From assembly GCA_041891555.1 (NCBI GenBank), contig JASDTK010000026.1, positions 1 to 37,404 on the forward strand: a stretch of 37,404 bases of DNA, given 5' to 3'. Position 1 is the first letter of the stretch. Each line of letters starts with the position of its first letter. The DNA is from Oscillospiraceae bacterium. Lineage in GTDB: Bacteria; Bacillota; Clostridia; Oscillospirales; Oscillospiraceae. This document shows, in pieces, positions 18,090-26,786 of the stretch. Below the pieces are notes generated by a model, which saw nothing but the letters and a program-made list of their open reading frames with translations, ran no database searches and was not told where the DNA came from. The position numbers were made by a program, and so were the translations under genes.

Positions 18090-18118
18090 AAGATATATGC
18101 GAACCGGACATCTGTCAA
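18090..18118 (-). promoter_or_regulatory. Possible promoter for the riboswitch transcript (TTGACA-N17-TATCTT)
   Basis: -35 TTGACA at 18113-18118 on the minus strand. The -10 candidate TATCTT at 18090-18095 is imperfect. Confidence 0.35.
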
Positions 18119-18169
18119 TATATTATTTCTCGAAGCCAACACGAAATATCACATATTAGCTGAAAATAC

Positions 18170-18619
18170 CTATTTCCGCATTTTTTTAAAAAATTGTGAT
18201 AAAAGTGTGGTACAATCATCCTCTAGAACGCCGGAATATACAGCCGGACGATGACCGTAACGCTCGGAAAAGAGATCGATGACGCTGCCACAGGAGCCGA
18301 AGCTTTCCTCTCTCGCGCCGAAAACAACGCGGGGTATGCGGGAATTTATTATCGCGCCCGCGCACATCGGGCAGGGCTCAAGCGTCACATAGATAGTGCA
18401 GCCCTCTAGCCGCCAGTCTCCGATATTACGGCAGGCCTCGTCAATTGCCACAAGCTCCGCATGGCCCAGAGCGGAACGAGTGCGCTCGCGGGTATTCGCT
18501 CCTCGGCCAATAATCTCGCCGTTTTCATTTACGATAACACAGCCTACGGGGATCTCGCCGGCCCTAAAGGCTTCCAGTGCCAGTTCAAGCGCAAGGCGCA
18601 TATATTTTTCGTGTTCCAT
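18170..18619 (-). CDS. tadA: tRNA adenosine(34) deaminase
   Basis: CDA zinc motifs HAELVAI and PCPMCAGA. Length 149 aa. Confidence 0.92.
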   Translation of the reverse strand: MEHEKYMRLALELALEAFRAGEIPVGCVIVNENGEIIGRGANTRERTRSALGHAELVAIDEACRNIGDWRLEGCTIYVTLEPCPMCAGAIINSRIPRVVFGAREESFGSCGSVIDLFSERYGHRPAVYSGVLEDDCTTLLSQFFKKMRK

Positions 18620-18659
18620 TTATAACAGCCTTACTATATAGAAAATTTGGAGGATAGCA

Positions 18660-19244
18660 ATGCTCGAAGCGATACTGACAGAAATACTGCTAGGGGCAAG
18701 CCTTTCGATGGATGCCTTTGCCGTGACCGTCGGAGAAGGTCTTGCCTGTCCGCGGGGCGGGCTGAAAAACGCACTTAAGCACTCGCTCTATTTCGGCTTT
18801 TTTCAGGCTCTGATGCCGCTCATAGGCTATTTTCTCGCCGGAACGGTCAGCGGAAAAATAATGTCGCTGGGCCCGTATATCAGCTTTTTCATGCTCGTTT
18901 TCGTTGGCGGGAAAATGCTCATAGACGCCCTGAGGGGAAAAGAGGAAGACGGTGAAAAGGGCTGCGGCACATCGGGAGACTTCAGCCACCCGAAGGCCAT
19001 AGTACTCGCCCTCGCGACAAGCATCGACGCGCTAGCGGTCGGCGTGAGCTTTGCCTTTACCGAAACAAACATATTTGCGGTCTGCTCCATAATCGGCATT
19101 ACTACTTTTATAATCTGCGCACTCGGCGGGCTTCTATGTTCAAAGCTCCCGAAGGGTTCCGGCAAGGCCGCCGGCATAGCGGGCGGAACCGTGCTTATAG
19201 GGATCGGCATAAAGCTGCTGGTAGAGGGAGTATTCCTGAAGTGA
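18660..19244 (+). CDS. mntP: Manganese efflux pump MntP
   Basis: Two DUF204-type half repeats (LSMDAFAVTVG and TSIDALAVGVS), six TM segments, and GGAGGA before the ATG. Confidence 0.85.
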   Translation: MLEAILTEILLGASLSMDAFAVTVGEGLACPRGGLKNALKHSLYFGFFQALMPLIGYFLAGTVSGKIMSLGPYISFFMLVFVGGKMLIDALRGKEEDGEKGCGTSGDFSHPKAIVLALATSIDALAVGVSFAFTETNIFAVCSIIGITTFIICALGGLLCSKLPKGSGKAAGIAGGTVLIGIGIKLLVEGVFLK

Positions 19245-19251
19245 TTTTACG

Positions 19252-19284
19252 CAAGGCGTGCCGAAACAGCACGCCTTGTTTTTA
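19252..19284 (+). terminator. Intrinsic terminator after mntP, overlapping the lepA stop
   Basis: CAAGGCGTGC-CGAAACA-GCACGCCTTG followed by TTTTT. Confidence 0.8.
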
Positions 19285-21087
19285 CTCGTCAAGCTTTAAT
19301 ACAGCCATAAAAGCCTCCTGAGGGACGGAAACAGAGCCAAAACTGCGCATGCGCTTCTTGCCCTCCTTCTGTTTTTCCAGAAGCTTCTTTTTTCTCGTGA
19401 TATCTCCGCCGTAGCATTTTGCGAGAACATCCTTGCGCACAGCCTTGATAGTTTCGCGAGCGATTATTTTGCCGCCGATTGCCGCCTGCACGGGAATTTC
19501 AAAAAGCTGGCGGGGTATGTTGTCCTTGAGCTTCTCGACGATCTTCCTTGCCCGTGGGTAGGCCTTGTCCCTGTGCACGATAAAGCTTAGCGCGTCCACA
19601 ATGTCCCCGTTAAGGAGAATGTCCAGCTTTACAAGATTGCTTTCGCGATAGCCCGTGAGCTCGTAGTCAAGAGAACCATAGCCGCGGGTGCGGGCCTTGA
19701 GCGCATCGAAAAAGTCATAGATGATTTCGTTCAGCGGCATGTCGTAGTGCAGCTCGACTCTCGTTTCGTCAAGATAGGTCATGTTTTTGTACTCGCCCCG
19801 CCTGTCCTGACAAAGATCCATAATGTTGCCGACATACTCCGACGGAGTGATTATCGAAGCCTTGACGAAAGGCTCCTCCGCGCTTTGGATATGTGAGGGA
19901 TCGGGATAGTTCAGCGGATTATCGATAACAAGCATTTCACCGTCTGTTTTGATAACGTGGTAGATAACGCTCGGAGCGGTTGTGATAAGATCCAGGTCGT
20001 ACTCGCGCTCAAGGCGCTCCTGAATAATTTCCATGTGAAGCAGGCCCAGAAAGCCGCAGCGGAAGCCGAAACCGAGAGCCGCGGAGGACTCCGGCTCAAA
20101 ATGGAGAGCCGCGTCGTTGAGCTTCAGCTTTTCAAGCGCGTCGCGCAAATCAGGATATTCCGCACCGTCCGCGGGGTAGATGCCCGAAAAGACCATGGGC
20201 TGCGCTTCGCGATAGCCGGGAACGGCAGTAGCCGCGGGGTTATCGAAGCCCGTAACCGTATCGCCGACCTGAGTGTCGGATACATTCTTGATGCTCGCGG
20301 TGAAATAACCGACGTCGCCCGCCGAGAGCCCCTCGCAGGGCTCGAGCCCGAAGGGACGCATATGTCCGATCTCGACAACCTTGTATTTTGCGCCAGAAGC
20401 CATCATCTGAACGTTCATATCCTTTTTGATTTCGCCGTCCATGATACGCATAAGAACGATGACACCGCGATAGCTGTCGTACTGGCTGTCGAAAACCAGC
20501 GCGCGCAGGGGGGCGTTCGGGTTGCCCTTAGGGGGCGGAACTTTGCTTACCACAAGCTCCAGCACGGCTTCAATGTTGATTCCGTTTTTTGCGCTGATTT
20601 CCGGCGCGTCTAGCGCGGGTATGCCGATAATATCCTCAATCTCGGTTTTGGTTCGCAGGGGATCCGCGCTCGGAAGGTCTATTTTGTTTATGACGGGCAG
20701 AACTTCGAGATTGTGCTCAAGGGCGAGATAGGTGTTCGCAAGCGTCTGAGCCTCAATGCCCTGGGACGCATCCACAACGAGTAGCGCGCCTTCGCAGGCG
20801 GCAAGAGAGCGCGAAACCTCATAGTTAAAGTCCACATGTCCCGGAGTATCGATAAGATTCAGTGTATAGGTCTCATTGTCCGCCGCTTTATACGAAAGCC
20901 CGACGGCGCGCGCCTTGATGGTTATGCCGCGCTCACGCTCAAGCTCCATATTATCCAGCATCTGCGGGGTCACATCGCGGCTGTCCACCGCACCGCATTT
21001 TTCAAGGAGGCGGTCCGCGAGCGTAGATTTACCGTGATCTATGTGGGCGATTATCGAAAAATTTCTGATTTTGTTCTGATCTGTCAT
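19282..21087 (-). CDS. lepA: Translation elongation factor 4 (LepA)
   Basis: GTPase motifs [17 protein letters not shown] and NKID, plus the LepA-specific C-terminal domain. Length 601 aa. Confidence 0.96.
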   Translation of the reverse strand: MTDQNKIRNFSIIAHIDHGKSTLADRLLEKCGAVDSRDVTPQMLDNMELERERGITIKARAVGLSYKAADNETYTLNLIDTPGHVDFNYEVSRSLAACEGALLVVDASQGIEAQTLANTYLALEHNLEVLPVINKIDLPSADPLRTKTEIEDIIGIPALDAPEISAKNGINIEAVLELVVSKVPPPKGNPNAPLRALVFDSQYDSYRGVIVLMRIMDGEIKKDMNVQMMASGAKYKVVEIGHMRPFGLEPCEGLSAGDVGYFTASIKNVSDTQVGDTVTGFDNPAATAVPGYREAQPMVFSGIYPADGAEYPDLRDALEKLKLNDAALHFEPESSAALGFGFRCGFLGLLHMEIIQERLEREYDLDLITTAPSVIYHVIKTDGEMLVIDNPLNYPDPSHIQSAEEPFVKASIITPSEYVGNIMDLCQDRRGEYKNMTYLDETRVELHYDMPLNEIIYDFFDALKARTRGYGSLDYELTGYRESNLVKLDILLNGDIVDALSFIVHRDKAYPRARKIVEKLKDNIPRQLFEIPVQAAIGGKIIARETIKAVRKDVLAKCYGGDITRKKKLLEKQKEGKKRMRSFGSVSVPQEAFMAVLKLDE

Positions 21088-21155
21088 ATTGTCCCTCCAA
21101 GGACGGAAATTTATGCCGTAAGTATATTACACGAAGGGCTTAAAGCTGTATGCTG

Positions 21156-21596
21156 TTATAAATCGTTTCTTTTTGGGCAAAGTCTGACTATAATGAGCTC
21201 AGCTTCGGCCATTGCCGCCGTCTGCTCGGCCAGAAACAGCTCATCATGATAGGTGAGGTGAGCGGTCATTTTTCGCGCCGCGCTGTCCACGTAATCGAGG
21301 GCGGCCTTGTGAATCGCGGCGTCTCCCGTTTCGGAAAGCGCCCTGTTAAGCTCTGTTACCGCTCCCGTAGCACACAAACCGGAGCTTTCGTCATCGCTTC
21401 TGCCGAGAATGAAATCCGCAGACACGCCGAAATAGTCGCAAACGCGGCATACAAATGGCAGTCCGGGCTCACGCGTTCCGTTTTCATAGTGCGACAGCAG
21501 AGCCTGACTGATATGCAGTTCGGCGGCGAGTACGCGCTGGTTCAGGTCTCTGGAATGCCGAAGCTCCGATAAGGTGGTTCCAAAACTGCGTTCCAT
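21156..21596 (-). CDS. XRE-family helix-turn-helix transcriptional regulator
   Basis: N-terminal HTH LSELRHSRDLNQRVLAAELHISQALLSHYENGTREP and a helical C-terminal half of unknown function. Confidence 0.8.
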   Translation of the reverse strand: MERSFGTTLSELRHSRDLNQRVLAAELHISQALLSHYENGTREPGLPFVCRVCDYFGVSADFILGRSDDESSGLCATGAVTELNRALSETGDAAIHKAALDYVDSAARKMTAHLTYHDELFLAEQTAAMAEAELIIVRLCPKRNDL

Positions 21597-21628
21597 GAGC
21601 GTCCCTCCCCCGCGTGATTACTTTCTGT

Positions 21629-21657
21629 ATTATAAGGTGACACCCGCGATTTGTAAA
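21629..21657 (-). promoter_or_regulatory. Putative sigma-A promoter of the XRE gene (TTTACA-N17-TATAAT)
   Basis: On the minus strand, -35 is at 21652-21657 and -10 at 21629-21634. GGAGG lies before the ATG. Confidence 0.6.
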
Positions 21658-21727
21658 CAAAAATCTAAGACCTCGCAGGACACCGCCGGATTCAAAATTT
21701 GTGCAAAAATTGTTTTAAAATATTTCC

Positions 21728-21756
21728 TCATTTGTTCATGCGTTCTTAACAAATGA
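21728..21756. promoter_or_regulatory. 9-bp perfect inverted repeat (candidate operator)
   Basis: TCATTTGTT-N11-AACAAATGA in the divergent XRE/htrA intergenic region, about 70 nt upstream of the htrA ATG. Confidence 0.4.
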
Positions 21757-21824
21757 ATACTAGTATAGCCATAGTACAAAATAAGTCTATTCGATACTCA
21801 TAAGTAACTAAGGAGGTCCTAGCC

Positions 21825-23297
21825 ATGTACGAGCAGGAAAATGACAACAACTTCGGCGGAGAGAACGTGAGCACGCCTACTGACGTACAAAATTCCGAGT
21901 ATAGCTACACAAAAGAGAATCTGCCCCATCGCTCTTATATGGACGCGAACTTTGTGCCTCGGAGCGAGGAACAGTCCGCACCCAGAACCTATTACACACC
22001 ACCTGTGAAACCGCCCAAGAAAGTTAAAGAGAAAAAGCACGGCGGCTTTGGCAAATTCATAGCGGCCTGCCTCGTTTGTGCTATACTTGGCGGAGTCGGC
22101 GGGGGGGCTCTGGTTGCGGCGCAGCTCCCAAAGTCGGCAGCTACGGATTACAGCGGACTGAATGTAACCACTTCTGACGAAACCACAAAGCAGACGGCAA
22201 GCCCGGTTTCTTCCGGCGAGACGCTGACCGGAGCACAGATTTACAGCCTCGGCTGCGCGCAGGCGGTCGGAATCTCTACAGACATAACTTATACTAATTA
22301 TTTCGGAATGCAGTCCAAGTCCGCGGTTTCCGGCTCTGGCTTCATCGTTACCAGCGACGGGTATATCGTCACCAATTACCACGTTATTGCTGACGCCTAT
22401 ACCGGCGGCTACAAGGTTTCGGTGATGCTTTATAACGGGGACAAGTACGATGCCAAGATAGTCGGTGTCGAAGAAGCAAGCGATATCGCGGTCCTCAAAA
22501 TCGATGTGAAGGGCCTTTCGGCCGCGACTCTTGGCAACAGCGACAACCTGCAGGTCGGTGAGACGGTGTACGCTATCGGCAATCCTCTCGGAGAACTGAG
22601 CTTTTCTATGACGAGCGGAATGATAAGCGCTCTTGACAGGGATATAACAACTCAGGATTCGAATACCGGCGAAACTGTCACCAACAACATGTTCCAGATT
22701 GACGCCGCCGTAAATGAGGGCAACTCGGGCGGCCCCGTATATAACGACAGGGGCGAGGTCGTGGGTATTGTAACTGCCAAGTACTCCGACACAGGAGTTG
22801 AGGGTCTCGGCTTCGCAATTCCGATAAAGGATGTGACGGACACCGTTGACCAGCTCATCAAGAACGGTTATGTCAGCGGCAAGGCAAATTTCGGCATTAC
22901 CGTGACCACTGTTGACAGCGCTGTCGCTCAATATTACAACATGGTAGAAGGTGCTTACGTCTACTCGGTTGTTTCAGGCAGCTGCAGTTATAAGGCGGGA
23001 CTCAAGGTTGGCGATATTATCACTGCGATTGACAAGACTGAGGTCAAGAGTTCCTCCGAGCTTACAAATGCCAAGAAGGACTACAAGGCGGGCGATACGG
23101 TGACGCTTAAGGTCTATCGTCAGGGCCAGTATATCGATATCAAGGTGACGCTCGACGAGGCCACCAAGGAATCGCAGCAGAGCACGCAGAACAGTGAAAA
23201 CGCCCAGAACGGCGAAAACTCGCAGAACGGCGGAGGCCAGAGCGGCAATAATTCAAACGGTGGAAACGCCACGCTTCCAACGGTCCCGAAATTCTGA
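21825..23297 (+). CDS. htrA: HtrA/DegP-family (S1C) serine protease with PDZ domain
   Basis: A TM anchor, a catalytic region ending in GNSGGPVYN, a PDZ domain (GLKVGDIITAID) and a Q/N/G-rich tail. Confidence 0.92.
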   Translation: MYEQENDNNFGGENVSTPTDVQNSEYSYTKENLPHRSYMDANFVPRSEEQSAPRTYYTPPVKPPKKVKEKKHGGFGKFIAACLVCAILGGVGGGALVAAQLPKSAATDYSGLNVTTSDETTKQTASPVSSGETLTGAQIYSLGCAQAVGISTDITYTNYFGMQSKSAVSGSGFIVTSDGYIVTNYHVIADAYTGGYKVSVMLYNGDKYDAKIVGVEEASDIAVLKIDVKGLSAATLGNSDNLQVGETVYAIGNPLGELSFSMTSGMISALDRDITTQDSNTGETVTNNMFQIDAAVNEGNSGGPVYNDRGEVVGIVTAKYSDTGVEGLGFAIPIKDVTDTVDQLIKNGYVSGKANFGITVTTVDSAVAQYYNMVEGAYVYSVVSGSCSYKAGLKVGDIITAIDKTEVKSSSELTNAKKDYKAGDTVTLKVYRQGQYIDIKVTLDEATKESQQSTQNSENAQNGENSQNGGGQSGNNSNGGNATLPTVPKF

Positions 23298-23312
23298 TTT
23301 GAATAAAAAATT

Positions 23313-23350
23313 CGTCCGCAGCGTTATACTGCGGACGGGTTTTTTATTTT
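23313..23350. terminator. Bidirectional intrinsic terminator (htrA / lysC convergent)
   Basis: CGTCCGCAG-CGTTATA-CTGCGGACG is flanked by AAAAAA upstream and GGTTTTTTATTTT downstream. Confidence 0.85.
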
Positions 23351-23373
23351 GTCACAGCGTCAGAGAGCAGGTT

Positions 23374-24579
23374 TCAGTTGAAGAACTTGTTGTGGATGAC
23401 CTGAACGGCCTTGTCCGCGCTGGTTTCGTCGATAAGTACGGAGACCTTGATTTCACTGGTGGAAATCATCTGAATGTTTATCTTTGCCTCACTCAGAGCT
23501 TCGAACATGGTTGCCGCGACGCCGGAGGACGAGAGCATCCCCGCGCCGACGATACTGACCTTGGCGACGCTCTTGTCGCCGAAAAGCTCCGTGTAGCGGA
23601 GAGTGTCCTTGCGCTCCTCGACAATTTTCATTGCTTTTTCAAAATCAGATTCCGAAACGGTGAAGCTGATATCGTTCGAGCCGTTCCTGTCTATAGACTG
23701 GAGTATGACGTCAACATTTATTTTTGCGCTCGCAAGCTCCCTGAAAAGCCTGAAAGCGACGCCGGGCTCGTCGGGAACTCCCACGACCGCTATGCGCGCG
23801 ACGTTTGTGTCCTTTGCTATACCGCTGATTTTCATCTGTTCCACGTTCTTCACGACCTCCTTAACTTTTGTGCCGGGCTTTCTCTCATAGCTGGAGAGAA
23901 CCTCAAGATTCACCCCGTAGCGCTTTGCCATTTCAACGCTGCGATTGTGCAGAACCTGCGCGCCCAGCGAGGCAAGCTCCATCATCTCGTCGTATGTGAT
24001 TTCATCCAGTTTCCGTGCGCCTTTGACCTTGCGGGGGTCAGCCGTGAAAACGCCCTCGACGTCCGTGAAAATCTGGCACTTGTCCGCGTGGAGCGCCGCG
24101 GCGACAGCCACAGCGGAGGTGTCCGAACCGCCCCTGCCGAGGGTTGTAATATCGCCCGTGCCGTTGACGCCCTGGAAGCCCGTTACGATAACTATGCGGC
24201 GCTTATCCAGTTCCTGGCGTATCCTTTCGGTTGAGACGGAACGTATGCGGGCATTTCCGTAATCGAAGTTCGTGCTGATCTGCACCTGCCAGCCCGTAAG
24301 CGATACGACGGGCAGCCCCATTTTTTCGAGAGCCATGCTCATAAGCGCTACCGAAATCTGCTCTCCGGTCGACAGGAGAACGTCGAGCTCACGCTTAGAG
24401 GGGCTGGTGTTTATCTCGGCCGCCTTTTCAAGCAGGTCGTCGGTGGTGTCACCCTGCGCCGAGAGAATTACGACCACGTCGTTCCCTTCGCAGAATGAAT
24501 CGGCGATTATCCCGGCGACGCGCATAATCTTTGCGGCATCTGCAACGGAGCTCCCGCCGAATTTTTGTACGATAAGCAT
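23374..24579 (-). CDS. lysC: Aspartate kinase
   Basis: N-terminal MLIVQKFGGSSV, GRGGSDTSA, and two C-terminal ACT domains. Confidence 0.95.
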   Translation of the reverse strand: MLIVQKFGGSSVADAAKIMRVAGIIADSFCEGNDVVVILSAQGDTTDDLLEKAAEINTSPSKRELDVLLSTGEQISVALMSMALEKMGLPVVSLTGWQVQISTNFDYGNARIRSVSTERIRQELDKRRIVIVTGFQGVNGTGDITTLGRGGSDTSAVAVAAALHADKCQIFTDVEGVFTADPRKVKGARKLDEITYDEMMELASLGAQVLHNRSVEMAKRYGVNLEVLSSYERKPGTKVKEVVKNVEQMKISGIAKDTNVARIAVVGVPDEPGVAFRLFRELASAKINVDVILQSIDRNGSNDISFTVSESDFEKAMKIVEERKDTLRYTELFGDKSVAKVSIVGAGMLSSSGVAATMFEALSEAKINIQMISTSEIKVSVLIDETSADKAVQVIHNKFFN

Positions 24580-24668
24580 ATAGAAAATTCCTCCAGTCAG
24601 GGATTGAAAAGTCTTATTTTGAGCGGAGAAGCCTACTTCTCCATTTTATGACGCGAAACCGCACGCCG

Positions 24669-25880
24669 TCAATCAAGAATTCGGAACATTGTCCGGACAG
24701 TCATGCCGCTTGTAAGCTTGAGTATGGTGCTCTCGTCTAAAACGTCAGTCGCGAAGGCGTATTCATCAGGGGCGGCGCCGGTGTAGGTCACGACCTTAAC
24801 CTTGACGACGGCCCAGCCGATTGGCTGAAGAGCGGTTGCGGCTCTGCCATACCAGCGTGTCGCGACATAAGCGCTGTCGGTGAAATAGCCCGCGGGGGCG
24901 TCGTCCCAGTCAAGATATTTTCTTGCCTTAACGTGCTTTACAGCGTCGATGACGTCTGCAACGACGGCACTCGCGGTGGGGCGTTTGCCGGCGCCCGCGC
25001 CGTAGAACATCGTATCGCCCAGAGCGTTGCCGTGAACGACAATGCCGTTCATAACCCCGTCTACATTTGACAGCAGGCTGGACTTGCTTACGAGATGGGG
25101 GGCGACATAGGCCGTCGCGGTATCGTGACCCGTCCGCAGAGCGCGGCCCAAAAGCTTTATCTTGCAGTTGAGACGCTTTGCGTATTCCACATCTGCGCTT
25201 GTAACTCCTCTGATGCCCACAGCCTTAACGTCCGACGGGCTGACGTGCTTTCCGAAGCAAAGGTCTGTAAGTATACAGATTTTTCTCGCTGCGTCCACAC
25301 CCTCAATGTCGGCCGTGGGATCCTGCTCCGCGAAGCCGTTCGCCTGCGCCTGATGCAGGGCATCGTCAAAGCTCGCGTTGTTTTTTATCATTTCGGTGAG
25401 AATATAGTTTGTCGTGCCGTTGAGAATCCCATAGACCTCGTCGATTTTGTTCGCCGCAAGACATTGGGTGATGGGACGTATAATCGGGATGCCGCCGCCG
25501 ACGCTGGCCTCGAAAAGATAGTTGAGGTTCTTTTTCTTGGCAATCGCGATGAGCTCGTGCCCCTTTGTGGCGACCAGCTCCTTGTTTGAGGTTACAACAC
25601 TCTTGCCTGCGAGCAAGGCCCTTTTTGTAAATTCGTATGCGATTTTGACACCGCCGATAGTCTCGATGACTACGGAGATTTCAGGATCTTGTTCTATTAT
25701 CGAGAAATCATGAATAATGCTTTTTTCAAAGGGATCCCCCGGAAACTCTCTGTTATCGAGTATATATTTAATCGAAACCTCCTCGGCCGCATTTCTTGCT
25801 ATGCTGTCCGCGTTTTCCACGATGACCTCAGCAACGCCGCTGCCGACTATTCCGTATCCGCATATTGCAATTTTTGCCAT
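24669..25880 (-). CDS. hom: Homoserine dehydrogenase
   Basis: NAD-binding ICGYGIVGSGV, a catalytic domain (ILNGTTNYIL) and a C-terminal ACT-like region. Confidence 0.92.
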   Translation of the reverse strand: MAKIAICGYGIVGSGVAEVIVENADSIARNAAEEVSIKYILDNREFPGDPFEKSIIHDFSIIEQDPEISVVIETIGGVKIAYEFTKRALLAGKSVVTSNKELVATKGHELIAIAKKKNLNYLFEASVGGGIPIIRPITQCLAANKIDEVYGILNGTTNYILTEMIKNNASFDDALHQAQANGFAEQDPTADIEGVDAARKICILTDLCFGKHVSPSDVKAVGIRGVTSADVEYAKRLNCKIKLLGRALRTGHDTATAYVAPHLVSKSSLLSNVDGVMNGIVVHGNALGDTMFYGAGAGKRPTASAVVADVIDAVKHVKARKYLDWDDAPAGYFTDSAYVATRWYGRAATALQPIGWAVVKVKVVTYTGAAPDEYAFATDVLDESTILKLTSGMTVRTMFRILD

Positions 25881-25919
25881 GATGGTAGCTCTCCTTTGAG
25901 AATGATGTTTACTGTTTTT

Positions 25920-26372
25920 TCAGCCCGCGATAACGTCGACTTTCTTCACGCCGCCGGTTTCATGTAGCTGGTTCAGCAGATCCTCGCTTGTGATGGCCAT
26001 GCCCGTTGTTTCGGCGGAGATTGTGACGAGCGCCGTGCCGTTAATTGGGATACTCTGGTTAATGGTTAGTATGTTAGCCCCGCTCGATGCGAACACATTG
26101 AGTACGGAGGACAGAACGCCCATCTTGTCACGGAGTGTGATGTGGAAGGTAATAATCCTTCCGCGCTTTAAGTCCTGAAACGGCGTTATCGAATCCTTGT
26201 ATTTGTAAAAAGCGCTCCGGCTTATACCGACTGCGTTCGCAGCCTCCGCGACAGTCTGAGCCTCGCCGGTTTCCAAAAGCTCTTTAGCCTTGGCAACTTT
26301 TACATATATCTCGGGCAGCATATCGGCCTCGACCAAAAAATACTTGGGCTCGTATCCGGCGCTCATCATCAA
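25920..26372 (-). CDS. ACT domain-containing protein with N-terminal HTH (UPF0735/PheB-like)
   Basis: HTH segment TVAEAANAVGISRSAFYKYK followed by an ACT fold (ITFHITLRDKMGVLSSVLNVFA). It is the first gene of the hom-lysC operon. Confidence 0.75.
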   Translation of the reverse strand: MMMSAGYEPKYFLVEADMLPEIYVKVAKAKELLETGEAQTVAEAANAVGISRSAFYKYKDSITPFQDLKRGRIITFHITLRDKMGVLSSVLNVFASSGANILTINQSIPINGTALVTISAETTGMAITSEDLLNQLHETGGVKKVDVIAG

Positions 26373-26414
26373 TGTCCCCCTCTGAAAGTCAAATGTTTTT
26401 CAGGTGTGTATTGA

Positions 26415-26443
26415 ATAATAACACGGCGCAGGTAAAATCGCAA
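26415..26443 (-). promoter_or_regulatory. Putative sigma-A promoter of the ACT-hom-lysC operon (TTGCGA-N17-TATTAT)
   Basis: On the minus strand, -35 is at 26438-26443 and -10 at 26415-26420, about 40 nt before the start codon. Confidence 0.5.
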
Positions 26444-26508
26444 CTGTTTGTTTACAAAAAATGACACAGATTTTAAGCTCGCATATTAAAAAACAATGTT
26501 CAAATTGT

Positions 26509-26557
26509 AAAAAACGAAGAAAATCGGGTATTCCGAAGAGATTACGGAATACCCGAT
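26509..26557 (-). terminator. Intrinsic terminator after the 64-aa membrane protein gene
   Basis: A 13-bp perfect stem (26523-26535 paired with 26545-26557) followed on the minus strand by UUUUCUUCGUUUUUU. Confidence 0.8.
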
Positions 26558-26585
26558 ACTTATATTACCTGAAAAACGAAGTGAA

Positions 26586-26780
26586 TTATGCACCCAGAAA
26601 CGCGGTGATGCTGTTTAATATGTTTTCGGGCGAGAGCAGCTCGAGTATCGGAAGAGCGGCCTTGTTATTATAAAGGTTGTCCACACTGCCTCCTATGAAA
26701 TAGGCGACGCCGATGCAGACAGCTCCGACGACGCATAGAATAACAGTAGTCAGAAAAACGGCCTTCCAAATCTTTTTCAT
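26586..26780 (-). CDS. Small membrane protein (64 aa)
   Basis: One N-terminal TM helix (AVFLTTVILCVVGAVCIGVAYFI). The gene lies 6 nt downstream of the HAAS gene and is followed by a terminator. Confidence 0.55.
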   Translation of the reverse strand: MKKIWKAVFLTTVILCVVGAVCIGVAYFIGGSVDNLYNNKAALPILELLSPENILNSITAFLGA

Positions 26781-26786
26781 AATGTA

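Noticed and set aside
17880-18169. Expectation of an SRP (4.5S/scRNA) gene downstream of tadA, as in the Bacillus subtilis tadA-scr arrangement
   Set aside because: The minus-strand sequence lacks the SRP domain IV motifs. Instead it matches the c-di-GMP-I aptamer (GGGACGCAAAGCC and the other elements).
18015-18254. 79-aa plus-strand ORF spanning the riboswitch region and the tadA 3' end
   Set aside because: It overlaps the tadA coding sequence and the riboswitch on the other strand, has no RBS, and gives a low-complexity translation.
18620-18659. Possible yybP-ykoY manganese riboswitch ahead of mntP
   Set aside because: The tadA-mntP intergenic region is only 40 nt, far too short for that aptamer.
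21819-22931. 370-aa ORF antisense to htrA
   Set aside because: The opposite strand encodes a protease with clear catalytic and PDZ motifs. The antisense translation is R/A/V-rich with no motifs, which is the usual stop-poor antisense frame of GC-rich coding DNA.
23194-24234. 346-aa ORF antisense to lysC
   Set aside because: It overlaps a well-supported aspartate kinase on the other strand, has no RBS or recognisable domains, and begins inside the htrA tail.
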